A stretch of DNA of 64,000 nt from an uncultured Nitrosopumilales archaeon (GTDB lineage: Archaea > Thermoproteota > Nitrososphaeria > Nitrososphaerales > UBA213). The stretch covers positions 10,480 to 74,479 of the forward strand of contig CAYJSN010000003.1 in the NCBI GenBank assembly GCA_964373125.1, written 5' to 3'. The notes below the pieces were generated by a model. It was not told the origin of the DNA. It searched no databases and saw nothing but the letters and a program-made list of their open reading frames with translations. Within the stretch, counting starts at the first letter, position 1. Every line of letters starts with the position of its first letter. The position numbers were made by a program, and so were the translations under genes. This document shows positions 50,891-59,111 of this stretch, in pieces.

Positions 50891-53023
50891 ATGAACAAGA
50901 CCATAATTGCAGGAATAGCAGCAGGGATAATCGTTATTGGACTGATTCTGGCTCCGCTGTCGGTCGACCAGTTTGCTGAGGCAAAGAAAGTGAAACGAAT
51001 CTTCACCTCACAGACGCTCGAATCGATGCAGGATCCAGGACAGGGACATGAGACGCACCAAATTGCCATAATACTACCGCCGGCAGATAATGTGATGTAC
51101 ACAGGCCGGTTCACCTACAGTGCAAGCGCACCGGTGGAGGTCGTGGTACTCCATGAGATTCCGGCGGGAACGACGCCGCCAAAGGTATACACAATCGATG
51201 GACAGAAGAAGTGGGGACTCTCGCTGATCTTCCTCGGCGGTGAAAAGACCGGCGCCGCGGCAGGTTCGATGTCATTTGCAGGAGCTGCACTCGCGCTGCA
51301 CACGCTTGACGGGACGCCGTTCACGGCAACCGTGACCGTGCATGCGCAGGCAAAGGCGGCGATGGGCGAGCTGCCTATGATGGCGCCGCCAGCTGAGCCG
51401 ACGGAGATGCCGCCAATGATGCCGACGAATGTGAAGACGATCACTGTCAGCGAGTGGCAACCTTGGTTCCAGCCTTCGGCCTTGCAGGTAGAGCCTGGCA
51501 CTCAGATAGTGTGGGATGCAGCAGAGACGGCGTCGATCCACACGATAACGTTCGTCACCAGGGTTACGGATCTGCAGCTGAGCATGGACCCGGAGTACAC
51601 CGTAAAGACGCACGCAATACTGACTCCCGGTTCGGTATCTGCACCATTCACCGCTGACGCCGGCGTGTACGTGTATGTATGCGCAATACACCCGTACATG
51701 ACAGGAGTCATATCGGCTGGAGTTCCGTACAACCTGATAACTGGCGAGATGGGAACCGGCGCGGGCGACCCAACGGTAGCAAAGTTCGCACCGTGGTACC
51801 CGAGCGTTGCACCATGGCAGGATCAGCGACCCTTCATGGATGTACCGGCAACACCTGGTGTTGGTGAGGTATGGGTAGACACGCAGTTCGAGGTCATGCC
51901 CAACCCAGATTCGCCGACCGGCAAATTCGGCAAGCAGTGGCCTGGAACCGTCACCGTGGTTGATGCCTCAACATGGAAGATCACGAACAAGGTAGTGGGC
52001 GGACTGAACGGACCTCACAACTTGGAGCACTCGCCTGATGGCCAGTACGTAATACAGACGAACTGGCATGATGACTATATGACGCTGATCGATGCGAAGA
52101 CGAAGCAGATCGTAAAGAACTACATCCAGACCGGTCCAGACCCGGCGCACGTAGCATGGACTGACGACAACAGGATCATCATCAGCGTGAATGCTGGTGC
52201 TGAGCTGCAAGTGTTCGATGGCGCACAGGTGACCGATCCGGACATGGCTGCGTCAGATATAGCGCCGACAGGATCGATAAAGGCTTCCACACCATTAGCG
52301 GGTCCGCACGGATTCTGGTACAGGGAGGGCATGGCATCGGTACCATACCACCTGGCAAACCAGATGGTTCTGGTTGACACAACCGAAATGAAGGAAATGT
52401 TCGCGCCAATAAACACAGGCGACCTCGACGATCCGATTGCCGGTGGAAAGATCGGTCCGGGCATAAACCTGGCATCATACATGGGTCCGGAGATAAACGG
52501 GCATAGGTTCTGGGTAACGACCGAAGTGCTGCTGTCGCATGAAAAGCTGCTGCAGGGAAGAGAGATACTGTACGACATCGGAAGCGCAGTTGGTGGTCCA
52601 ACAAATCCAACACTGGTGAAGATCTTGGAAGTCGGTTCGATACCGATACAGTCACCAGTAAGTCCTGACGGCAGGTATGTCGTGACCGCTAATGCAGGAG
52701 GAATCGGTGCACCGGGAATGATAACCGTGACAGAATTGGATTACAACGACCCAGCAAATTCAAGAGTGGTAGCAGAATTGTCAGGGTATCCGGGCTCGCA
52801 CGGCGTCACCTACGGATACAAGCAGGGCGGAGGAATATACGCGTACGTCACGAACAAGTTTGCTCCGGTACTGCAGGTAGTGGACCTCACGGCGAAGCCT
52901 CCAACACTGGCGGGCGAAGTGGACTTGGGCAACGGCTGGGGCGGAATGGGCGTGATGGCACTGCCAACCGCAACGTTCTACCCGACGTTGGCTGAACACC
53001 CGCTCGGGAAGCTGTACAAGTAG
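50891..53023 (+). CDS. Exported multidomain protein: N-terminal beta domain + type-1 cupredoxin + beta-propeller (YVTN/NosZ-N-terminal-like)
   Basis: 710 aa. Signal anchor. Pro/Met-rich linker (MMAPPAEPTEMPPMMP). Cupredoxin ligands SIHTITF ... YVCAIHPYM (C-x2-H-x2-M). Then repeats such as SPDGQYVIQTN and SPDGRYVVTAN typical of 7-bladed propellers. Confidence 0.7.
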   Translation: MNKTIIAGIAAGIIVIGLILAPLSVDQFAEAKKVKRIFTSQTLESMQDPGQGHETHQIAIILPPADNVMYTGRFTYSASAPVEVVVLHEIPAGTTPPKVYTIDGQKKWGLSLIFLGGEKTGAAAGSMSFAGAALALHTLDGTPFTATVTVHAQAKAAMGELPMMAPPAEPTEMPPMMPTNVKTITVSEWQPWFQPSALQVEPGTQIVWDAAETASIHTITFVTRVTDLQLSMDPEYTVKTHAILTPGSVSAPFTADAGVYVYVCAIHPYMTGVISAGVPYNLITGEMGTGAGDPTVAKFAPWYPSVAPWQDQRPFMDVPATPGVGEVWVDTQFEVMPNPDSPTGKFGKQWPGTVTVVDASTWKITNKVVGGLNGPHNLEHSPDGQYVIQTNWHDDYMTLIDAKTKQIVKNYIQTGPDPAHVAWTDDNRIIISVNAGAELQVFDGAQVTDPDMAASDIAPTGSIKASTPLAGPHGFWYREGMASVPYHLANQMVLVDTTEMKEMFAPINTGDLDDPIAGGKIGPGINLASYMGPEINGHRFWVTTEVLLSHEKLLQGREILYDIGSAVGGPTNPTLVKILEVGSIPIQSPVSPDGRYVVTANAGGIGAPGMITVTELDYNDPANSRVVAELSGYPGSHGVTYGYKQGGGIYAYVTNKFAPVLQVVDLTAKPPTLAGEVDLGNGWGGMGVMALPTATFYPTLAEHPLGKLYK

Positions 53024-53035
53024 GACTATCCCACA

Positions 53036-53058
53036 TTTCCATTTTTTGTTTTCTTTCA
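53036..53058 (+). terminator. Oligo-T tract after 50891-53023
   Basis: TTTCCATTTTTTGTTTTCTTTCA begins 13 nt after the stop. Confidence 0.35.
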
Positions 53059-53130
53059 CTTATTCAAAAATCTACTCGGTGCCAGAAGGCAACCTCATAT
53101 TTATTAGGAGACTGTCATCATACTGCCGCT

Positions 53131-54516
53131 GTGAAGTACAGAGTCGACAAGGATTCTCTGGGGGAAGTAAAGATCCCTGCCGATACGTACTACGGGCCGT
53201 TCACTGCCAGGGCCCTGAAGCACTATCATATCACGGGGCAGAGGTCGCACAGAAACCTGGTCAGGGCGTACGTTATGATAAAGAGGTCCGCCGCGCTTGC
53301 GAATATGCAGCTGAGGAAGCTCGACGTAAGGAAGGGCAATGCGATAGTCAGGGCGTGCGACGAGATCCTGAAGGGCTCGTTGGTGGACCAGTTCGTTGTC
53401 GATGCGATAAACTCGGGCGCCGGGACTGCGTTCAACATGAACGTGAACGAGGTGATAGCAAACAGGGCGCTCGAGCTGCTGGGCAGGAGCAAGGGCGATT
53501 ACAAATCAGTTAGTCCGAATGACGACGTGAATATGTCGCAGTCCAGCAACGACACGTTCCCGACCGCGATGCATGTAGCGGTGCTAATAGGAATCGACGA
53601 ACTTCTGCCGGCGGTCGATAAGCTCACCGCTGCACTGAGAAGGAAGGGCAAAGAGTTCGGCAGGGTTGCAAAAGTTGGAAGGACCCACCTGATGGACGCC
53701 CTGCCGATTACACTAGGTTCAGAGTTCACCGCCTACGCGAACGCTGTTGGGAGCGCGCGGAAAGCTCTCGAGGGCTCGAAAACGGAACTGGAGTATGTTG
53801 CGCTCGGCGGAACCGCCGTGGGCAGCGGCGCCAATGCCCCAAAAGGGTACAGGGAGATCGCGATAAGGAACCTTGCAAAAATATCTGGTCTGAGGCTGAA
53901 GCCCGAGAAGGACATGCAGTACGCGCTCCAGAGCAGGTTCGGGATCGCGAACACGTCATCGGCGCTCCGTAACCTCGCGCTGGAGCTGATCCGTGTTGCG
54001 AACGACATCAGGCTGATGGCCTCCGGCCCCATCGCCGGTCTGGGCGAGGTCACCATCCCCGTGGTGCATGCGGGCTCTTCGATAATGCCAGGCAAGGTGA
54101 ACCCCTCGCTCGCCGAATGCCTTGACATGGTGTGCTTCAACGTTGTCGGGAACGATCTTTCGGTGGCACTGGCAGTACAGGCGGGCCAGTTCGAGCTCAA
54201 CGTGATGCTCCCGGTGATGACAAAGTGCGTGCTCGACTCGACCGATATGCTCAAGAACCTGCTCCCGGAGTTCGCAGATGATATGATTAGCGGGCTGAAG
54301 GCCAATAAAGAGCGGCTCAAGGCAAATATGGAGAAGAACCCGATCCTTGTTGCGCTGCTGGCGCCTTACATAGGCTACCTGCAGGCGGCCGAGCTCTACA
54401 AGGAGTCGCTCAGGACCGGCACCAGCGTGGCAGAGCTCGTCGTGAAAAAGAAACTGATGGAGCGCGCAAAGGTGAACAGGATACTCTCGGCGAGAAACCT
54501 TCTGAACACTGGCTAG
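53131..54516 (+). CDS. Class II fumarase/aspartase family lyase (aspartate ammonia-lyase-like)
   Basis: 461 aa. Signature GSSIMPGKVNP. N-terminal RVDKDSLGEVKIPADTYYG. AspA versus FumC is not resolvable by eye. Confidence 0.85.
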   Translation: MKYRVDKDSLGEVKIPADTYYGPFTARALKHYHITGQRSHRNLVRAYVMIKRSAALANMQLRKLDVRKGNAIVRACDEILKGSLVDQFVVDAINSGAGTAFNMNVNEVIANRALELLGRSKGDYKSVSPNDDVNMSQSSNDTFPTAMHVAVLIGIDELLPAVDKLTAALRRKGKEFGRVAKVGRTHLMDALPITLGSEFTAYANAVGSARKALEGSKTELEYVALGGTAVGSGANAPKGYREIAIRNLAKISGLRLKPEKDMQYALQSRFGIANTSSALRNLALELIRVANDIRLMASGPIAGLGEVTIPVVHAGSSIMPGKVNPSLAECLDMVCFNVVGNDLSVALAVQAGQFELNVMLPVMTKCVLDSTDMLKNLLPEFADDMISGLKANKERLKANMEKNPILVALLAPYIGYLQAAELYKESLRTGTSVAELVVKKKLMERAKVNRILSARNLLNTG

Positions 54517-54538
54517 ACTATTTTGTTGGCTGGCGAAG

Positions 54539-55831
54539 ATGATGCCCAAGGTCTGGATAGAATCTTACGGGTGCTCCGCCAGCATGGCCGACTCGGAGAT
54601 GATCGCCGGGCAGCTGAAAAACAACGGATACGAGATCGCCAGGGATGTAAACAGCGCCGATGTAAATCTGATAGTTACATGCGCGGTGAAGGACAAAACC
54701 GCAAACAGAATGGTTTACAGGATACGAGATCTCACCAGGACGGGCAGACCGCTGATCGTGGCGGGGTGCCTTGCAAAGGCCGAGCCCGAAAGTGTGGCAA
54801 AGACAAGCCCAAGAGCGAGCCTGCTGGGCCCCGATGCCATAGACCGTACCATCGAAGTGGTAAATTCTGCCCTCTCCGGGCTGCGCTCCATCGTCCTGGA
54901 GGGCACGGGCAGGCCGAAGGTGAACCTTCCGCGCCTGAGGCTGAACCCGGCTGTGAGCATAGTCGAGATAGCCAGCGGCTGCCTCAGCGACTGCACCTTC
55001 TGCGAGACCAGGCTGGCGAAGGGCAGGCTGCGGTCCTACAGGATCGGCGATATAGTGAGGCAGGTCAGGCTGGACGTGGCGGAGGGCTGCAGGGAGGTCT
55101 GGCTGACATCCACCGACAACGGGCCCTACGGCAGGGACATCGGCTGCAACTTGGCCGACCTTATTAATGCCGTCTGCGATGTTGGGGATGATTTCATGGT
55201 GAGGGTGGGGATGATGAACCCCGCGTACCTGCCCTCCATGCTCGAGGACCTGATAGAAGCATACCACAACGAGAAAGTCTTCAAGTTCATGCACGTGCCT
55301 GTGCAGAGCGGCAGCGACAGGATACTGAGGCTGATGAGGCGGGGCCACAGGGCATCGCTTCTGGCCGACATCGTCAAGAGGTTCAGAAATGAGTTCGGAG
55401 AATTCACCATAGCAACAGACGTGATAGTCGGCTTCCCGACCGAGAGCGAGGCCGACTTCCAGGCGACGCTCGACCTGATGCGCGAGGTCGAGCCAGACAT
55501 TATTAACATCTCGAGGTACAGCGCCAGGCCTGGAACGGAAGCAAGCCGCATGGAGAAGACTGGTGTAAAGATTGTAAAGGAGCGGAGCGGCACGCTGCAC
55601 CGGCTTGCAAACACACTGAGTTACAGGAGGAATAAGAGATGGATTTCGTGGCGGGGCGAGGTTGTCGTCGATGAGATTAAGAAAAAGAACGGCAATCCCA
55701 TTGGCCTGCAGGGAAGAAACTACGCCTACAAGCCCGTATTCCTGAGAGGAAGGACCGAACTGGGCTCGAAGGTAAAGACGCGCGTAACTTCAGCGACAAA
55801 CCATTCGCTGGTTGGCGTTGTCGAGCTGTGA
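54539..55831 (+). CDS. MiaB-like tRNA methylthiotransferase, archaeal MtaB/CDKAL1 type
   Basis: 430 aa. UPF0004 domain with ESYGCSASMADSE, radical-SAM GCLSDCTFCETR, and a C-terminal TRAM domain. Confidence 0.85.
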   Translation: MMPKVWIESYGCSASMADSEMIAGQLKNNGYEIARDVNSADVNLIVTCAVKDKTANRMVYRIRDLTRTGRPLIVAGCLAKAEPESVAKTSPRASLLGPDAIDRTIEVVNSALSGLRSIVLEGTGRPKVNLPRLRLNPAVSIVEIASGCLSDCTFCETRLAKGRLRSYRIGDIVRQVRLDVAEGCREVWLTSTDNGPYGRDIGCNLADLINAVCDVGDDFMVRVGMMNPAYLPSMLEDLIEAYHNEKVFKFMHVPVQSGSDRILRLMRRGHRASLLADIVKRFRNEFGEFTIATDVIVGFPTESEADFQATLDLMREVEPDIINISRYSARPGTEASRMEKTGVKIVKERSGTLHRLANTLSYRRNKRWISWRGEVVVDEIKKKNGNPIGLQGRNYAYKPVFLRGRTELGSKVKTRVTSATNHSLVGVVEL

Positions 55832-55927
55832 CGTGCCGGCGAGATCAATTTTCTTCAATCCGCCGCGAGATCGCTGTAAAGTAACAAAGTTTTTTAACAA
55901 ACCTTATGTAAGCATAAGGGGGACGGC

Positions 55928-56902
55928 TTGGCTATCGAGATAAAAAGTCCGATACTTCTCGTTGGTGTCGGTGGCGTTGGAGCATCGCTCGCTGCGGCGG
56001 CCAAGAAGAATCTCGGTGTAAACTCGCTCCTTATAAGCAACGACGCGAACGACCTCAACCATCCCGGCTGTGAGAGCGTCTTCGTTGACGCCAAGCCCTT
56101 ACTGAACCCGTCCCCGAACAGCATCCGAAGCGCGCTTCTCAGGGTGCAGGAGTCCATCATGTTCAAGCTGCACTGCAGCTCCACGGTGGTGGTTGTGGGA
56201 AACCTAGCCGGCAGGGCAGGCGTTGGCATAGCTCCGATGATAACAAGGATGGCGAAGCAGGCGAAGAAGAACGTTGCCTCGTTCGTCATAATGCCCTTCA
56301 AGTTCGAGAAGAACAAGCTCTTCGGCGCCGGTGTTGCACTGAAGCGGCTGAAAGAATCTTCCGACTGCTTGGTGATCGTTGACAACGATGCGTTCCTCTT
56401 CAACAACCCGGACCTGACGCCGGAGGCATGCTACGGGATAATCAACGACGCGATGCTCGAAGCTCTCGGCTCCTTGGTGAAGGGCTCGCTGACGGAGGAC
56501 GTCAACGTCCTGAGCACGAGCAGGGCATCCCCCAATGGCGCCGAGTCGGCTCTCAAGGACTCGATAAGGATGCTATACAGCGAGGTCGACCCGGAGAACG
56601 TCAAGCGGGCAATGATCTACGTGATCGGGGGCGACAGGGTGCCGGTCGGCGTGCTGAACACGATGGTCAACCATGTCCACACCATACTCGGGAAGAGCGG
56701 CGTCGAAGTAGGACTTGCGCTTTCGCCATCGTCCTCTGCCCAAGGCGTCAGGGTTCTGCTGCTGGCATCCGTGCTGGAGCAGACCAGGTTCGACAGTTAC
56801 GACCCGCTGAGCATCATCCCGGCCGACTCTGTTCTGGACTGGGATGAGATCGAGTGCGACCTAGCGCTGGAGCTGGATACAAGCATCCCCAGGATCGACT
56901 GA
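55928..56902 (+). CDS. Divergent FtsZ/tubulin-like protein
   Basis: 324 aa (TTG start). LVGVGGVGASLA (T1-like), GNLAGRAGVGIAPMITRMAK in place of GGGTGTGAAPV, and IMPFKFEKNK...LVIVDNDAFL collinear with FtsZ. Confidence 0.6.
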   Translation: MAIEIKSPILLVGVGGVGASLAAAAKKNLGVNSLLISNDANDLNHPGCESVFVDAKPLLNPSPNSIRSALLRVQESIMFKLHCSSTVVVVGNLAGRAGVGIAPMITRMAKQAKKNVASFVIMPFKFEKNKLFGAGVALKRLKESSDCLVIVDNDAFLFNNPDLTPEACYGIINDAMLEALGSLVKGSLTEDVNVLSTSRASPNGAESALKDSIRMLYSEVDPENVKRAMIYVIGGDRVPVGVLNTMVNHVHTILGKSGVEVGLALSPSSSAQGVRVLLLASVLEQTRFDSYDPLSIIPADSVLDWDEIECDLALELDTSIPRID

Positions 56903-56909
56903 TCTGTCA

Positions 56910-57608
56910 TCAACCGGACTCTGTGTCGACCGTCACGATCACTCTGAACTGTTTCTTCACAACGTCTTCTTCTTGCGTAGTCTTGGCCGTGTAGGTGCCG
57001 GCAGTAAAGTTTGAGAGATCTGTCGCGAATGTGAAGCTGCCATTTGAATCAGAGACCGTCGATCCCACGACGCGGACATTTCCGGTTGCATCAAGTATAT
57101 CGATCCTTACGGGTTTGTCTGAGAGACCGGTGCCGGTCACAACTATTGACTCGCCGGCACGATAGACCGACATGCTGAGATCTGCAGGAACATGATCTTT
57201 GGCATCGGATGCGTGCTGGTCATGCTCTGGGCCGTTCGCGTCATCTACCACATCGTCTTCCACCTCGTAGGCCTCCAGTTCCTTCTTTAGCTCTGCTACC
57301 TCGTCCTTCAACTCGTCGAGCCTTTCGATCTGTGAATTTATCGAGCCGAGCTCGCGCTCCAAGTTCGATATCTCGGCCTTTATCGCATCAAGGTCGAGTT
57401 TTGGTTTTTCATCGTCTGCACCTTTTTCCTTCAGCTCCTTAACATCGCCGCTCACTTCCTCGAGCTTCTGGCTCATGGCCTTCAGGCTATCCTGCATGTT
57501 GCCGTACTGTTGCGGGTCGGTCACCTTGAATGGCAGCGCCTGCTGCATGGAGAGCACTGCTACCCCTGCAACTATGGCAGCGCCTATGATGATCACGAGC
57601 AACTTCAC
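56910..57608 (-). CDS. Membrane-anchored coiled-coil protein with a C-terminal beta (Ig-like) domain, hypothetical
   Basis: 232 aa (GTG start). N-terminal TM, about 100 aa of heptad-like E/K/L-rich sequence, then a beta-rich tail. Confidence 0.5.
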   Translation of the reverse strand: MKLLVIIIGAAIVAGVAVLSMQQALPFKVTDPQQYGNMQDSLKAMSQKLEEVSGDVKELKEKGADDEKPKLDLDAIKAEISNLERELGSINSQIERLDELKDEVAELKKELEAYEVEDDVVDDANGPEHDQHASDAKDHVPADLSMSVYRAGESIVVTGTGLSDKPVRIDILDATGNVRVVGSTVSDSNGSFTFATDLSNFTAGTYTAKTTQEEDVVKKQFRVIVTVDTESG

Positions 57609-57721
57609 CGAATATGCGCCTCCATCACGCTCTATACGTCAGTACGAAATCTTAAGAATCTCGACTAGGAGAGAAGATGATCTCTTTGTCAACTTTTGAT
57701 AAATCGTGAGGCGTTGTTTTC

Positions 57722-58327
57722 TCAGTCCGCCTCGTCGGCCTTGGACTTTTTCCTTCCACTGCCCTTCTTCTCTGTCTTCGCTTCAGGCTTGCCTGCCTCG
57801 CCCCTCATCTCTTCCTCGATCATCTCGGCGATCTCCTCCTCGCTCAGCACGACCTTCTCCTCTTCCACAGGGGGTTCTTCCTCCCTGCCCTTCTCCTCCA
57901 CGACCTCGGGCTCTTTCACCTCTACTGCCTCGGCCTTCGCCTCCGGTTCGACGACTTTTGGCACAACCTCCGGCTTGGCAGCTTCGGCCACGGCAGGCTG
58001 CGCTGCTGGCACGGCAACCTCGGCAGGCTTGGCCTCGGCAACCTCCTCCTTCTTCGCCTCTTCGGCGTAGGGCCCGACCGTGACGATGCCGTCGGCGTCC
58101 TTCGTCATCTTTACCCTGATCCTGCGCGGCGGGTTCCGTATGCTCGTCTCCCAGATCTCCCTGTTCAGGCCCTCGTCGATCTTGACCTCCTCGGCCTTCA
58201 TGTGGCGGAAGGCAAACTCCTTGATCATGTTCACGGCTCGCTTGGCCCTGCGGATCTTCGGGCTGATTATAACCTTTGAAAGGTTGATCGTGTAAACGCG
58301 GCTCTCTTCCTCTTCAGACAAGACCAT
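57722..58327 (-). CDS. rpl31e: 50S ribosomal protein L31e with a long acidic low-complexity C-terminal extension
   Basis: Core RVYTINLSKV...RAKRAVNMIKEFAFRHM...NREIWETSIRNPPRRIRVKM matches L31e (about 90 aa). It is followed by about 110 aa rich in E/A/K/V/P. ATG 58327 shares one base with the L39e stop. Confidence 0.85.
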   Translation of the reverse strand: MVLSEEEESRVYTINLSKVIISPKIRRAKRAVNMIKEFAFRHMKAEEVKIDEGLNREIWETSIRNPPRRIRVKMTKDADGIVTVGPYAEEAKKEEVAEAKPAEVAVPAAQPAVAEAAKPEVVPKVVEPEAKAEAVEVKEPEVVEEKGREEEPPVEEEKVVLSEEEIAEMIEEEMRGEAGKPEAKTEKKGSGRKKSKADEAD

Positions 58328-58485
58328 CACCCGACGTTAACATCGGTCTTCCTCCAGGCTCGCTGCCTGGGGTTCCGCCTGACCCTCCTGTGGGTCCGGA
58401 CAATTACCCAAGCTGGAACCGAGGAGTTCTGCCTGACCTTCTTCATCAGCCTGTTCTTCCTGCCGGTGGGCTTTCTGGAGGCCAT
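58327..58485 (-). CDS. rpl39e: 50S ribosomal protein L39e (52 aa; below the ORF-track cutoff)
   Basis: Hand translation MASRKPTGRKNRLMKKVRQNSSVPAWVIVRTHRRVRRNPRQRAWRKTDVNVG. Sits in the classic rpl39e-rpl31e arrangement. Confidence 0.8.
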   Translation of the reverse strand: MASRKPTGRKNRLMKKVRQNSSVPAWVIVRTHRRVRRNPRQRAWRKTDVNVG

Positions 58486-58511
58486 GAAGGTAGCATCTAG
58501 GAGTGCCCCTT

Positions 58512-59078
58512 TTAAATCATTCCACGCTCGCGCAGGATGTCGTGCACCTGCTTCAGGACGCGGGCAGTCGCACCCCAGATGACGTTGCCGCCGTACTCGA
58601 ACTTGTAGAGCTCGTTCAGGCCGGCATGCTCGGCGTCAGGCTTCATAGTCCTGAGTAGGTCGAGCAGCGGCAGGTCGAGCACGGCATCGATCTCTTCTGC
58701 GTTGGGCCTGAAGTTCTCAATATGTTCCACCAGCGCAACATAGGGCATTATCACGAAGCTCGAGGTGAGCGTGGTCACGCTCCGCAGGTGGCCCACCACC
58801 TCGCTCTCGCTTACCCTGACCCCGATCTCCTCGGCGGTCTCCCTGATCGCAGTCTGGACAGGACCGTTGTCGGATTCTGCAAGGGTTCCGCCCGGAAACG
58901 AGATCTGCCCGGCGTGCGTCTTCAGCCTGGCGCTGCGCTTGGTGAGCACAACGTATGGCTCTCCGTTGCGGAAGTGGATTATCACCAGCACCGCGGAAAG
59001 GATTCTGTCCTTCTCCAAGCCGGGCGGCTCGCTCGACAGGTGCGGCTTCAAAACGTTCAGCAGCAATGAAGATTCCAT
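58512..59078 (-). CDS. NUDIX hydrolase (CoA pyrophosphatase-like)
   Basis: 188 aa. Nudix box GGTLAESDNGPVQTAIRETAEEIGV. Confidence 0.8.
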   Translation of the reverse strand: MESSLLLNVLKPHLSSEPPGLEKDRILSAVLVIIHFRNGEPYVVLTKRSARLKTHAGQISFPGGTLAESDNGPVQTAIRETAEEIGVRVSESEVVGHLRSVTTLTSSFVIMPYVALVEHIENFRPNAEEIDAVLDLPLLDLLRTMKPDAEHAGLNELYKFEYGGNVIWGATARVLKQVHDILRERGMI

Positions 59079-59111
59079 TCACGGAAAATTGCTCTGCCAG
59101 AATTAATATGC

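Noticed and set aside
57696-58083. Two overlapping plus-strand ORFs (124-125 aa) rich in Ser, Pro and Ala
   Set aside because: They are antisense to the acidic low-complexity tail of L31e. Their composition is the mirror image of a Glu/Ala/Lys-rich frame, and there are no start or promoter signals.
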